A stretch of DNA of 44,615 bases from Hyphochytrium catenoides (taxonomy: Eukaryota > Protista > Hyphochytriomycota). Below, piece after piece: positions 23,762 through 35,127 of this stretch. Position 1 is the stretch's first letter, and every line of letters begins with the position of its first letter. The DNA is taken from positions 1 to 44,615 of the forward strand of contig FLMG01001347.1 of NCBI GenBank assembly GCA_900088475.1, given 5' to 3'. Below the pieces are notes generated by a model, which was not told where the DNA came from, ran no database searches, and saw only the letters and a program-made list of their open reading frames with translations. A program made the translations under genes and the position numbers.

Positions 23762-24055
23762 AGAAGGCCACCTTATTCGACTTGGGCTCCGGTGCGATGC
23801 TGCTCGGGATGATCGTGAAGTCCGGGCAGACCTCGAAGATGAGGTAGAGATAGTGCAGGCATTGTTTCTTTCCTTTCAAATCGATAATTTCAGGCAACAA
23901 ACAGCGCAAATCTTCCGCGAAGAAGCTTTCGTAGTTTTCCTCTAATTCTTCCGGGCCGCCCGTGGTCAGAAGACTGATAGCCTGGAGAGAGAACGTAGAA
24001 ATAGAGGAAGTAAAGAGAGAGAGATAGGGAGGAGAGAGAGAGAAGGACAGAGAGA

Positions 24056-24088
<33 letters not shown>

Positions 24089-26255
24089 AGGTGGGAGAAG
24101 GAGAGAAAGACAGAGAGGAAAAGACAAGAAAGGGAAGGAGAAAAAAGTTGGGGGCAGGGAAGGACACACCGTAGGGAAGGAGAAGGGAGAGTGTTACGGA
24201 TGGACGATTCGTGCAGCAGACAGTAGGAGAAAATGAGATGTGAGAAAGGAGGGAAACGATAATAGCGGCGGGAGAGAGAGAGAGAGAGAGAAAGAGAAAN
24301 NNNNNNNNNNNNNNNNNNNNNNNNNNNNAGAGAGAGAGAGAGAGAAAAAGAGAGGAGAAGAAAGAAGAGTGAGAGAGAACCTGCGGCAGGATAATACAAA
24401 AAACGGTGACATGCCAGCGAGGTGCATGGGTAAAGGACAAAAGCGAAGTGAACGGAAAGTGAAAGTTGAAGCTCTTTAGCTCTCTCTCCCTCTCTCTCTC
24501 TCTCTCTCTCACTCTCTCTCGCTCTCTGTGCGCCTGTCTCTCTCTTTCTCGTTGCTTCACTTACATCTCTAATTTTCTCTATTCTTTGGTCGCTCTGCGG
24601 AAGGAGATACGCGGCGGAAGCGGAAGAAGCACTGGGAAGAGCGGGGACAGACTTCTGTGAGGCAGAAAGCTTTGCAGACTTGTCGGGAAGAGAGAGACTC
24701 GAGGAGGGAGAAGAAGAAGAGAGGGTTCCACTCTTTCTTCTCTTTCTTTTCCTCGTCGCTTTTCCCTGTCCTCCGGTTCCGTGCTTCTCTCCATCACCCT
24801 CTCCCTTCGGCTCCTGATGGCGTCTTCCCTGACCTTCAGGTGTCTCTTCTTCCTCTAAAAAGAAGGACACGAAGAGACAAAAAGAGTGTAAGTGAGGAAA
24901 CAGAGGGAGATTGATGAGGGTACAGAGAGAGAGAGATGGGTGGAGAAAGAGAGAGAGAGTGAGAGAAAAAGAAAGAGAGAAAGAGTGAGAGAAAGAGAGA
25001 GAGAGAAGAGAGAGACGACAACAAGTCTAGAGCGTCTCCCTCATCGTGCCTAATTTTCACGAAATTTCTCTCTCCCACTATCTCTCCTACAACCTTCCTC
25101 TTCTTTCTCACACTCATCCCTCTTTCATTCTGTCCTCTCTTTCTCTCTCTCTCTCTTCTCTGCCTCTTTGCCTCCCTTTCCATGGATCATACCTGAGATA
25201 ATATCCCTGATGCTAGTCCCCTTTGCGCGAGGAAGATGCTGACGAGTTTGGCCAGCAGAAGAGGAGGAAGAGTAAGAGAGAGATGCTCTTTCTCTCTCCC
25301 TCTCTTCCCTTTCAGCCGCAGCCGACGAAGAAGAGGAAAGAGAGGGACCGCCTCTCTCTCTCTCTCCCTCTCCGCTGTTCCACCGACAATTCTCTAATGA
25401 CCACCGGAGAGAGGGAAGAGGAGGGAGAGGCGAAGGTTGACCTGACACGAAGTCTTCCGAGAAACGTTTCACCATGGAGAAGTCTTCTGAAAGTTTCCGT
25501 AGGATACAACGGGCGATGTCGCCGAAGTAATAACCTTCATGACCAAAGTTGCGATTTGCTGAGTGTTTCCACGAGGCTCTTCCTCTCTCTCTCTCCCGTT
25601 CTCTTTCTCTCTCTTCTTCTCCTGCTTCCATTCCCGAGGTAGCAGCCCACGCGGGTCTCTCTCCCGGAGAGAGAGAAGAAGAAGAAGCGGCTTCCGGATA
25701 TCTATAAGGAAAAGAACCAGAAGCCGGAAGAGGCGGTGCCGGAGAGGCAGAGAGAGAGAGAGAAGACGAAGAAGAGGGAGAGAGAGAAGGTAGTCTTCTT
25801 CCTTCCAAAATTGGCTCTGCCTTGACGGGTTGTCTCCCTCCGAAAAAAGACTCGGCAGAGGAAGGTAGAGCTGGGGCAACAGCAGAGAGAGAGACAAGTC
25901 CGGGTGCCGGGGTAGAAGGTGAAGAAGAGAGAGAACAGCCTTCTTCTCTTTTCTCTTCTCTCTCTCCTTCTCTCTTCTCTCCCGGTAATGCCTTGTACTT
26001 GTTAGGCCCAACGATAATTTCTAAGCCTTTCCTAACTAAAGGACAGGCCCCGCCGTTCACAGCCGCTTGATAGAGAGAAGTCAGTACTTTGGCAGCACTG
26101 AGACTCTCTTCCTCTTGAGAGAGAGAGAGAGAAGGAGAGAGAGAAGAAGAAGAAGAAGCTGCATTCTCAATCTCTCCCTTCTTTCTCTCCTCCTCAGCGG
26201 GGGAAGAAGAGGAAGGAGAACAGCAGGCCTTTTTGCTATTGCTAGTCTCTCTCAT
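22807..26255 (-). CDS. Low-complexity protein with C-terminal SnoaL/ester-cyclase (NTF2-like) domain and CaaX box; 5' end uncertain
   Basis: Phase-consistent exons: 26255-25193, 24854-24565, 23981-23772, 23259-23197, 22977-22807. The C-terminal part contains CPDFTI...AGTHSGYLLGLPGTGRRLEG (compare SnoaL-type GTH.G...G.P.TG+.+) and ends NKCAIM*. Further exons may lie at 26500-27700. Confidence 0.72.
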
Positions 26256-26445
26256 CTTTTCTCTGTTATGAGAATGGAGAAGAGAGGGAAGAGAAATAGA
26301 GGGAGGGAATCGAGAGAGAGAAAGAGGAATCAGAGAGAGGAAGGATGGACTGAAAAGGAGATTTTAGAAGAAGTGGAAAAGGGAGACAAGAGAAAAGTTG
26401 ATCGACAATGGCCCTGTCCGAGGAAAGGGGTAGAGAGGAGAGAGA

Positions 26446-26481
<36 letters not shown>

Positions 26482-27178
26482 ACTCAAAAAGAAAATCCTG
26501 TTCCTTCCTCTATCGAAGTCCCTTGAGCTTTTGGCAGCCTCTTGTCCGTCTCTCTCGGTGGGATAGAGAGAGAGAGCAGAAGAGAAAAGAAGAGAAAGTG
26601 GAGAGAGGCAACTGACGTGTGTCTCTCTTTTTCTCTTATGTTCTCTCACGTCCTGACCGGCAAACCTCTGTCCGGCAAAAACGAGTCCATCAACATCTCT
26701 CTCCTGACTTGAAAGATATCGAAAGCGAGAGAGAAGAGACAAAAGAGAAAATGAGAAAGAAACTGCTCAAGAGAGAGAGAGAGAGAGAAGAGAGAGAACG
26801 TGAAAAGAGAGAGAAAACGACCTGCGCCGCGCTCGTCGGGCTTATCGATAAGTGATAACGACGGGCGAGAGAGAAGAGAGAGAGAAGACGAGTTGGCCGA
26901 AGACAGAAGACTGATTGGGCAGTATTCTCATTTGGCCGAGAAGGACAGAAGCCTGTACATTTCACGCAAAAGAGAGAGGTGAAAAGAGAGAGAGAAAGAG
27001 AGAGAGATGAAAGAGAAAGAGAAAGAGAGAGAGAGACGGAAAGAGAAGGAGGGAAATAAACAGACAGGTGGCCCATGCAAACAGAGTAAAATAGAGACAG
27101 GTTGAGGAAGATGAGTTGCGAGAGAGAGAGTTGGAGCCAGCAATCTAGCGAGAGAGACAGAGAGAAAAGAGAACCAAC

Positions 27179-27209
<31 letters not shown>

Positions 27210-27368
27210 GAGAAAGAGAGAGAAAAAGAGAGAGACAGAGCGAGAGAGAGAGAGAGCGAGAGAGAGACAGAGAGAGAGAGAGAGAGAAAAAAAGAGATGC
27301 AGAAAGCTGACGTGGGGTTTTTCATTGCGTTGAAGACACAAGCAAAGGAGATAGACAGACAGACAGAC

Positions 27369-27415
<47 letters not shown>

Positions 27416-27768
27416 CAGAGAGAACAAACAGGAGGTAGAGGAGAGTGTGGGCAGAGAAAGAAAAGGAAGAGAAAGCAAATCGTATAGACAGATTGACACA
27501 AAGGCTGAGAAGAGAGCAATTATAGGTAGGGGAAGAGGGAGACAGAGTGAGAAAGAGAGAGAAAGAAAATGAGATAGAGAGAGCAAAAGAAGCAACGGGT
27601 GCGTACGTGTCGTAATGGTTTTGCTGAAGAACTATCGAGACCCACAAGGTGTATCTCAGGTATTTGGGGTACCCAGGCTTTGAATCTGACTGAGGTAAAT
27701 AATAACAAAGAATATGGGTCCCATAATGGGCTTACCAAATACTAATGGGTGGGTTTCTGGGTTAAATT

Positions 27769-27836
27769 CACGTCCGAGTGGTGCAGGAGCCACGTGAGGC
27801 TATCCACGTCCGCATCGGCCAACTAGTTCTCACGTG
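27769..27836. promoter_or_regulatory. Cluster of four CACGT(G) E-box/G-box-like motifs
   Basis: CACGT at 27769, 27791 (CACGTG), 27805 and 27831 (within TCACGTGA), in a microsatellite-free stretch upstream of the minus-strand gene. Confidence 0.4.
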
Positions 27837-29639
27837 AAAGGGTCTCATAGCTCTTTCCAAGTTGTTCCCCTCTGGCTTCTATGGTCACTCTGTCTCCTAC
27901 CCCTTTTCACACTCTGTTTTGCAGCTGCTGTATCTGTTTTGCACTCTGACCCGATTCTTTTTGTATAGCTCTGTCTTACTCTCTGGTTCCATCTCTTCCT
28001 CTAAAGAGCGCCAACAAGGTCGGACAGCGACCAAACAAAAAGCTCTGTCTCCCTCCCTGTTCACAAATACCATTCAGAACAGTAATTTATAAGTTACCCT
28101 TGATAAATATAAGACAATACTCTGAGCATTTAACGGTTTGAATTAGCACAATTGACGACCACGTTCGCATCTGTCTCACGCGAGAAAGCAATCTGTATTT
28201 CTGGAAGAAGCAAGGGAAGAAGCGGGCTACGCAACCATTGCTACAGGGGGAAGACTCGGGTCTGTCTCTCTTTCTCTCTTCAACTCTCTCTCTTTGTAGA
28301 CTTCTTCATTCTCCAATCCCTCTTTCTCCCTCATCCGTGTCTCTTTTACCTAAGTTCCACCCTCTCTGTCTCTGACTATGCCCCTTTGCTTTCTCTCTCT
28401 CTCTCTCTCNNNNNNNNNNNNNNNNNNNNNNNNNNNNNNNNTCTCTCTCTCTCTCTCCTTTTCGCTCGCTCGCTCGCTATCTCTCTCTCTCGTGGCTCTC
28501 TTTTTTAGTAGGGTTGGTGAACGAAGAAGGAAGTAGTAGCACTTCTCTTCTCATTCTTTGCTGCTATTAGTTCTCTTTCTCCGTCATTATCACTGCCTGG
28601 CAAGCAGCAGCTCGGGAGACAAAGAATGACACTCCTCTTCTCCTCCTCCTCTTGATGATTCTCACTCCTGCTTTTCCTTTGTTTCTTTTGATCTTTCTTC
28701 TCACCAGCTCTCTTCTCTTTTTTCTTCGTTCTCTCTTCCCTCTTTCTTTCTTCTCTTTTGCTCTAATCTCATCTGCTTCCGCACTGAGATGGTAGCAGTC
28801 TCTTCTCCCTCTGTCTGTTTGCCTCTTTTTTCATTCTTCTCTCCTTTCTTCTTGTTATCGTTCTTTTCTTCTTCTTCTTCTATTGCTGGCTGCTGCCTTC
28901 TTCTGTTTCTTTCTTTTTCAGTGTTCTTCCACCTCTTCTCTTCTTCTCTTCATCATCTCCTTGTTGTTCTTCTTCTATTTGTTGGTAGCCTCTCCTTGTT
29001 GCTGTCTCTCTTCTTTCTCGCTTCTCTCCTCGATTCCTTCGAGGTTCGCTGTTTTCTTCTACACTATCTAATTTTCTTTCTCTCTCTTCTCTCCCGATAT
29101 TTTTTGCTCTTTTGTACTTTCTGTCTCTCTTGCCCCTCCTTCTCTCTTCTCTCTTTCTCTCTCTCTCTTTCTCTCCCACTTAACACAACCCTCTCACTCT
29201 CTCTCGCGCGCTCTCTCCCGACGCAACTCTTCTCTCTCTTTCTCCCTCTCTTTCGATCTCTCTTTTTTTTGTTGCTGCATTCTTCATCAACTCCTTCTTC
29301 AAGTTCTCATCCTCTCTGTCTCTCTCCCCCTCCCGCCCCTCACCCCCACACTCTCTCTCTCTCTTTCTCTCTCTCTTCTCTTCAGTCTCCTTCTTTTCTG
29401 CTGCGTTCTTAATTATCTGTTTCACGTTCTCCTCTCTCTTCATATGCAGCTCTTGACTCTGGTCGTTATGTCTTCAACGGCTATTCCCTCCTTTTCTAAC
29501 TACTCTGTCTCTCAACATCCCCCACCGCTTCTGCGTCCTGATGATTCTATGTGAGAAGATCTGTACTTCTCCTCAATGAAAGGAGAAGGGTAAATTGAGG
29601 GACACACAGCAGACGGACGGGAGAGAGACACGCAGAAGA

Positions 29640-30060
29640 GAGAGAGAAAGATTCACAGAGAGTAGAAGATAGAGAGACAGAGAAGAGAGGAGAAAGAAGA
29701 GAAAGAGAAGGAGGAAGAAGAGAAAGAGAAGGAGGGAGAGAAAGACAAGGAGGAAGAAGAGAAAAAGGAGGAGGAAGAAGAGAAAGAGAAGGAGGAAGAG
29801 AAAGAGAAGGAGGAAGAGAAAAAGGAGGAGGAAAGGAAGGAGGAAGAAGAAGAAAAGAAGAAGAGTAAGAGAAGGAAGCAGAGAAAGAGAAGGAAGAAGA
29901 GAAAGAGAAGGAGGAAGAGAAAGAGACATAGGAAGAAGAGAAAGAGAAGGAGGAAGAAGATAGAGGAAGAGAAGGATGAAGAAGGGAACGAGAAAGATAG
30001 AGGAAGAGAAGGATGAAGAAGAGAACGAGAAGGAGGAAGAGAAGAGTGGTGAGAGAAAGC
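29640..30060. repeat. Polypurine minisatellite (AGAGAAAGAGAAGGAGGAAG-like units)
   Basis: About 400 bp of nearly pure A/G with recurring 18-21-nt units. Confidence 0.75.
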
Positions 30061-30694
30061 AAGAAAGAGGTGGTCCTTAACAACGCTATCTATGGTGGGG
30101 CTGTTATCACCTCGATGAAGGCGACTAGCGAGTGACAACAACATAGCTTCTTCCTCTTCTTCTCTCTCCATTTCTCTCTCTTTCCTCCTCGTTTCTCCCT
30201 CATCACTTTTCCTTACTTCCTTCTTCCTTTTATGTTTGCTCATCATTCAGCACTCTTTCTTCTCTTTCTTCTTCTTCTTCTTCTTTTCTTCTTCTCTCTC
30301 TGCTCGTTCTTCTTCTTCCTTCTTTGCCAGGTTTCCTCCTCTGTGAGAGGAGAGAAATGAAGAGAGACAAAATAAATGGTAGGAGGGAGAGATAGAAGAA
30401 GAGACAATCCTTCTTTCTTCCTTTCAACGACGGTTCTCAACACAATAATCCACAAAGATTTACGACGATTTCTGGAGACATGAGCTACAATGCTTTTGTT
30501 TACACTTCCTATCTATTTGAATATTGGGGTATCTCACTCCTCATTCACCTGTTATTAACCGTTTAATATGGAACACTGTCTTGTAGGTGTAGGCTCTGAC
30601 TCTGGCAGAAGTACTGACAGACGTCTGCCCCTATAACTCTAAGTCCTGACAATCTCAGGAAGCAAGAGATTCCCCTCTCATACTCTCTCCTTCT

Positions 30695-30740
<46 letters not shown>

Positions 30741-31081
30741 TTCCACCTCGAGCTCTCTCTCTCTCTCTAGCATCACTCTCCTCTCTCTTCTGTCTTTTGC
30801 TCCAGACCTCCCAATACCAACTTCCTGCCACCTTCAGAGAGGAAGAGAGAGAGAGAGTGAGAGAGAGGAAAGGGAGAGCGGACAATCAGCCTGAAGAGGT
30901 CAGAATACGAAGAGAAGAAACGCAGGGCGTTACTAAAGGCAATAAAGAAGAGAAACAGGAGGAGGAGGAGGACCAAGAGAGAGAGAGAGAGGAAGAGCGG
31001 AGAAAAAGAGCTCCAAGGAAGAGAGAGGAAAGAGGCCAGACAACAGGGGGCATACGAAGAATTAACGGGAACAGGGAGAGA

Positions 31082-31129
<48 letters not shown>

Positions 31130-31131
31130 AG

Positions 31132-31440
31132 ATGAAGAAGATCTATGCAGTCGCTCGAGGTCGCCGGCCAGGTCTCTATAACAGCTGGGAAGATTGCAAG
31201 AGAGAGGTGGAAGGATTCCCTGGTGCAGTCTTCAAAGCATTCAAGACAGAGGAAGAAGGAGAGACATTCCTGCGGACATGCAGAAGAGAGAGAGAGAGAC
31301 AAGAAGGAGAGAGAGTTCCTCTTGGGAAGAGAACAGGAGAGAGAGAAGAAGATGCAGAAGAGAAGAGGAGGAAGGGCAATGATACAAGGTACGCTTTCTC
31401 TTTCTTTCCTCTTTTCTCTCTCTTCCTCTCTATAACTCGT

Positions 31441-31489
<49 letters not shown>

Positions 31490-31753
31490 CGTTTGCCTTG
31501 GCGCTCCCTTCTTTTATTTCTCTCTCTCTCTCTCTGCGTCTCTCTCTGTGTCTCTCTCTGTCTCTATCCCGCACTCCCAATCGTCCTCGCGCTCTCTCCT
31601 GTCTTTTCTTTGCTTCTCTCTCTCTTTCTCCCTCCTCTCTCTCTCTCTTCCTCTCCCTTTTTATCTCTCTCTCTTCTTCTTTCTCTCTCGCTCTTTCGTC
31701 TTCATGGAAGGCTTTCAACGCTTTCCTGCTCGCACCTTAACACACCTTCCTCC

Positions 31754-31813
<60 letters not shown>

Positions 31814-33342
31814 GTGTCTCTCTTTCTGTCTCTCTCTCTCTTGCCCTATTAGTTCAGTTCCCTCTACTTCTTCCGGGGAGAAAAAGATTTGGATCGTCCT
31901 CAGTTTTAAGGAAGGGCCTGGAGAGGAGAGAGGCTCCATCGCCTCTTTCAGTACGTTAGTCTATGAAGCACAGGGCAGCTCTTCTCTCTCTCTTTCTCTC
32001 TCTCTTCCCCAGCTTCCGACTTGGATGGCAATGGAATGGAAAACGGGGAAGAGAACTTTAGAAGAATCTCTCTATGAGGCTTTGTATGACGCTCTTGCGG
32101 AGATTAGAGAGAGAGAAAAGAGAGAGTCTCTCTCTCCTTGTTCCTCTTCTTCTTCGTCTAGGTCTCTCTCTCCCTCGCTCTCCGGCAAGCATCGTAGCTT
32201 GGTGCTGATAACAGAGGAGAACCCTCAGTGCCTGGCCATTCTTCAGCGCTTGCAAAATCGGCAAAAGGAGAGAGAGGGAGAGAAGAAGAGTTCCAACGGC
32301 CACGCCTCTCTCTCTCTCTCTCGCTTGCAGGACGATGTTGCGCAGCTTTTGAGTTTTTACCATAACGTTGAAATCTCTCTCTCTTCGCTCTCTTCCTCCT
32401 CTCTCTCTTCTTCTCCCGTTGGCTCTTCCCCTGCAGAAGGGAAAGAAGAGAGAGAGAGATCTCTATCTCTCTTTCTCTCTATGCTGCAGCAGGCCAGAAG
32501 CTTGGCTGAGCTGGCAGAAGAGACAAGAACCACTGTGAAAGGACCTACCAGCGTGGAAGGTACCCTTTGACGCTTCTCTCTCTCTCTTCGCCCATCTCTC
32601 TCTGTCTTCCTTTTCTTTTTCTTTTGTTTGGCCTCTCTCTCCCTCTCTATCTATGAATCTGTCTCTATCTTTCTAACTCGTATGCTCCCCAGTTCTCCTA
32701 TTTGCCAGGCTCTCTCTTCTTCTTCCGAGATTCTCTTTCACTCTCTCTCTCCCTTTCTCTCTCTTTTTGGTCTCTCGCTGTTTGGTGTTTGCTGTCCGGC
32801 TCTTTTTTCTGTCACTAAGTCATCTCTCTCTCTCCCTTTCTTTCTCATATACGCGCCTTCTTTCTCTCTGGCGCGCGCTCCCTCTCTCTCTCTCTCTCTC
32901 GCTCTCTCTCTCATCACAGCAAGCGGACTCACAACGTCCATCCGGAAGATTCTGCAACCTCTTTCTCTCTCTTCTCCTCTTCCTCCTCGCAACTCATTAG
33001 CCTCTCTCCCTTCCCCTTTCTCTCCCTCTCTCTCTCCCTCTCTCTCTTCTCGGCGGTGTTTAGTCCGCTTTGATGGCGGTTCGAGAGGGAATCCCGGGCC
33101 TGCAGGCTGTGGCTCTGTCCTTTATGAGCTGAGAGAGAGAGAGAGAAAGAGAGAAGAGAGAGAGAGAGAGGAAGAGAGAGTGAAGGTGAGAGAGAAAGGG
33201 AGATGGTTGGGAGAGAGAGAGACGAATAATGTTGCGGAGTATCACGGCTTTCTTGACGGTCTTTCTATGGCTTTGGAGGGCAAATATACGGACATCACTA
33301 TAGAGGGAGACAGCATGCTCGTCATCAAACAGGTAAACAAAC

Positions 33343-33381
<39 letters not shown>

Positions 33382-33811
33382 AACAGGGGAGAGAGCAATA
33401 AGGGGCCAAAATGATCGAGAGGGACAGGCAAAAAGACAGAGAATGACAGGGAGAGAGAGAGAGAGAGAGAGAAGAAAGAAAGGAAGAGAGAGTAAAAGGA
33501 GGAACACGAGGAAACGAGAGAGTGAGAGAGAGAAATATAGAGGAGAGGGGAAGAGAGGGACAGAAGGAGAGAAAGAGGGAGAGAGTAGGCTGAGGGGAGA
33601 GTTCGGAAGGTGAGCCATCGAGAAGTTAGGGTGCTAGGGAGAAGAGGAGAGAGGAAAGTAAGCTGGAGGTGCAGGAGAGAAGGAAAGATTTGTGCCAAGA
33701 GAGAGGAAACAGAAGAAACAGTGCAGCCTAATCTCTTACCGAGCTCAAGAAAGGAGATGGACTTTAGAGAGACAAGAGACCAGACAGAGCAAAGGGAGAG
33801 AGAGAGGGAGC

Positions 33812-33852
<41 letters not shown>

Positions 33853-33962
33853 AGATGAAACTGCAAAAACAAGAAAGAGATGGAGGGAGGTGCAACTGAA
33901 GAGCCGTTTGTTGACGGTTGAACGGTGGACTCTCTCTCTTGACGTACCTTATTCTTATTCTC

Positions 33963-34008
<46 letters not shown>

Positions 34009-34205
34009 TTTTCTTTCAGGTCTCAGGAGAATGGCAGGTCAAACATCCGAATCTTCTTTCTCTCTCTATCCGGGCTCGACAGCTCTTGGAGAAGATTCCT
34101 AAGTGTGTCCTGCGGCATATTCCCCGAGAAGAAAATCAAGAGGCAGACGCGCTGGCAAACAGAGCGATGACGACCAGACAGAGCTTTGAAAATGACTGCA
34201 GATAA
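31132..34205 (+). CDS. Ribonuclease H1: hybrid-binding domain + degenerate RNase H-like domain + active archaeal-type RNase HI
   Basis: Phase-consistent exons: 31132-31388, 31853-32559, 32920-33332, 34020-34205. HBD motif YAVARGRRPGLYNSWEDCKREVEGFPGAVFKAF. Catalytic domain FDGGSRGNPGPAG, TNNVAEY, IEGDSMLVIKQVSGEW and HIPREENQEADALAN, with D-E-D-D intact. Confidence 0.92.
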
Positions 34206-35127
34206 CGAAATGAAGAGAACAAAGAGAGAGAGAGAGAGAGAGACAGACAGGGAGGTGTTCCGCCCTAGGTAAAGTATGCCTTTTATTTATCCTGAGAAAG
34301 TGTTTCCTCTCCCCTTCCCCTCTCCTCTCTGCTCATAATAAGTTGACCTCAGACTGACAAAGAAGGAGAGAGGAAGGGAAGAGAGAAAGAAAGGCGAGAG
34401 AGAGAGAGAACAGGATAAGCAGCGAAGCATGGGAAAGGGTTGACAAACAAAACTGACGCTAGAGGAAGAGAAGCAGAGAAGAGATACATGAGTCAAGAGG
34501 GACTAACGGAGAAAAAATGCCTAAATAAAGAGAAAGAGAGCATAGTTTGACGAGAGAGAAGAGCGCTATAGAAAGCTGTCGATATAGTAATGAAAACGAG
34601 TGAAAAAAGAGAAGCACACTACTGAGAAAGAAAGAGACTTTTTGACGAGAGAGAGAGAGAGAGAGAGAGAACTCTTTGGCCCGCAAATAAGAGAAAAGGT
34701 GCGAGGTGGGAGATATCCAGGAGAGGGAGGGAAAGAGAGAGAAGAGTCAGGGAAAGAAGCTTAGAAAATAGGGCCGTCGTTATATAAGACCAAGGGGATG
34801 GGAGAGGGACAACAAAGCGGAGGAAGGAAGGAGGGGAAGAAAAGAGTAAGAGAAAGAGCCAAATTTTACAGGAGGAAGACAAGAGAGGGAGATAGATGGA
34901 CAGAAGGCAAGCGAGTAGCACGAGAGGACAGCGACAGGCAGACAAGACAATGGATAAGGAGAAAGCACGAAAGAGAGCGCGGAAAAGCACGAGACCCAAA
35001 GAGAGAGAGAGACAAAGAGAGAAGTGAAAGAGAGTATGAGAAGAGAGAGAGGTTGGATAGAAGAGAAGGATATGCCACGGCGGACTGCTAAGAGAAAATA
35101 AATAGATTAGTGCTATGACTCGTCCCC

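Noticed and set aside
31132-34205. RNase H as part of a retroelement or caulimovirus
   Set aside because: The gene is spliced and has no neighbouring RT, integrase or LTRs; it fits a cellular RNase H1.
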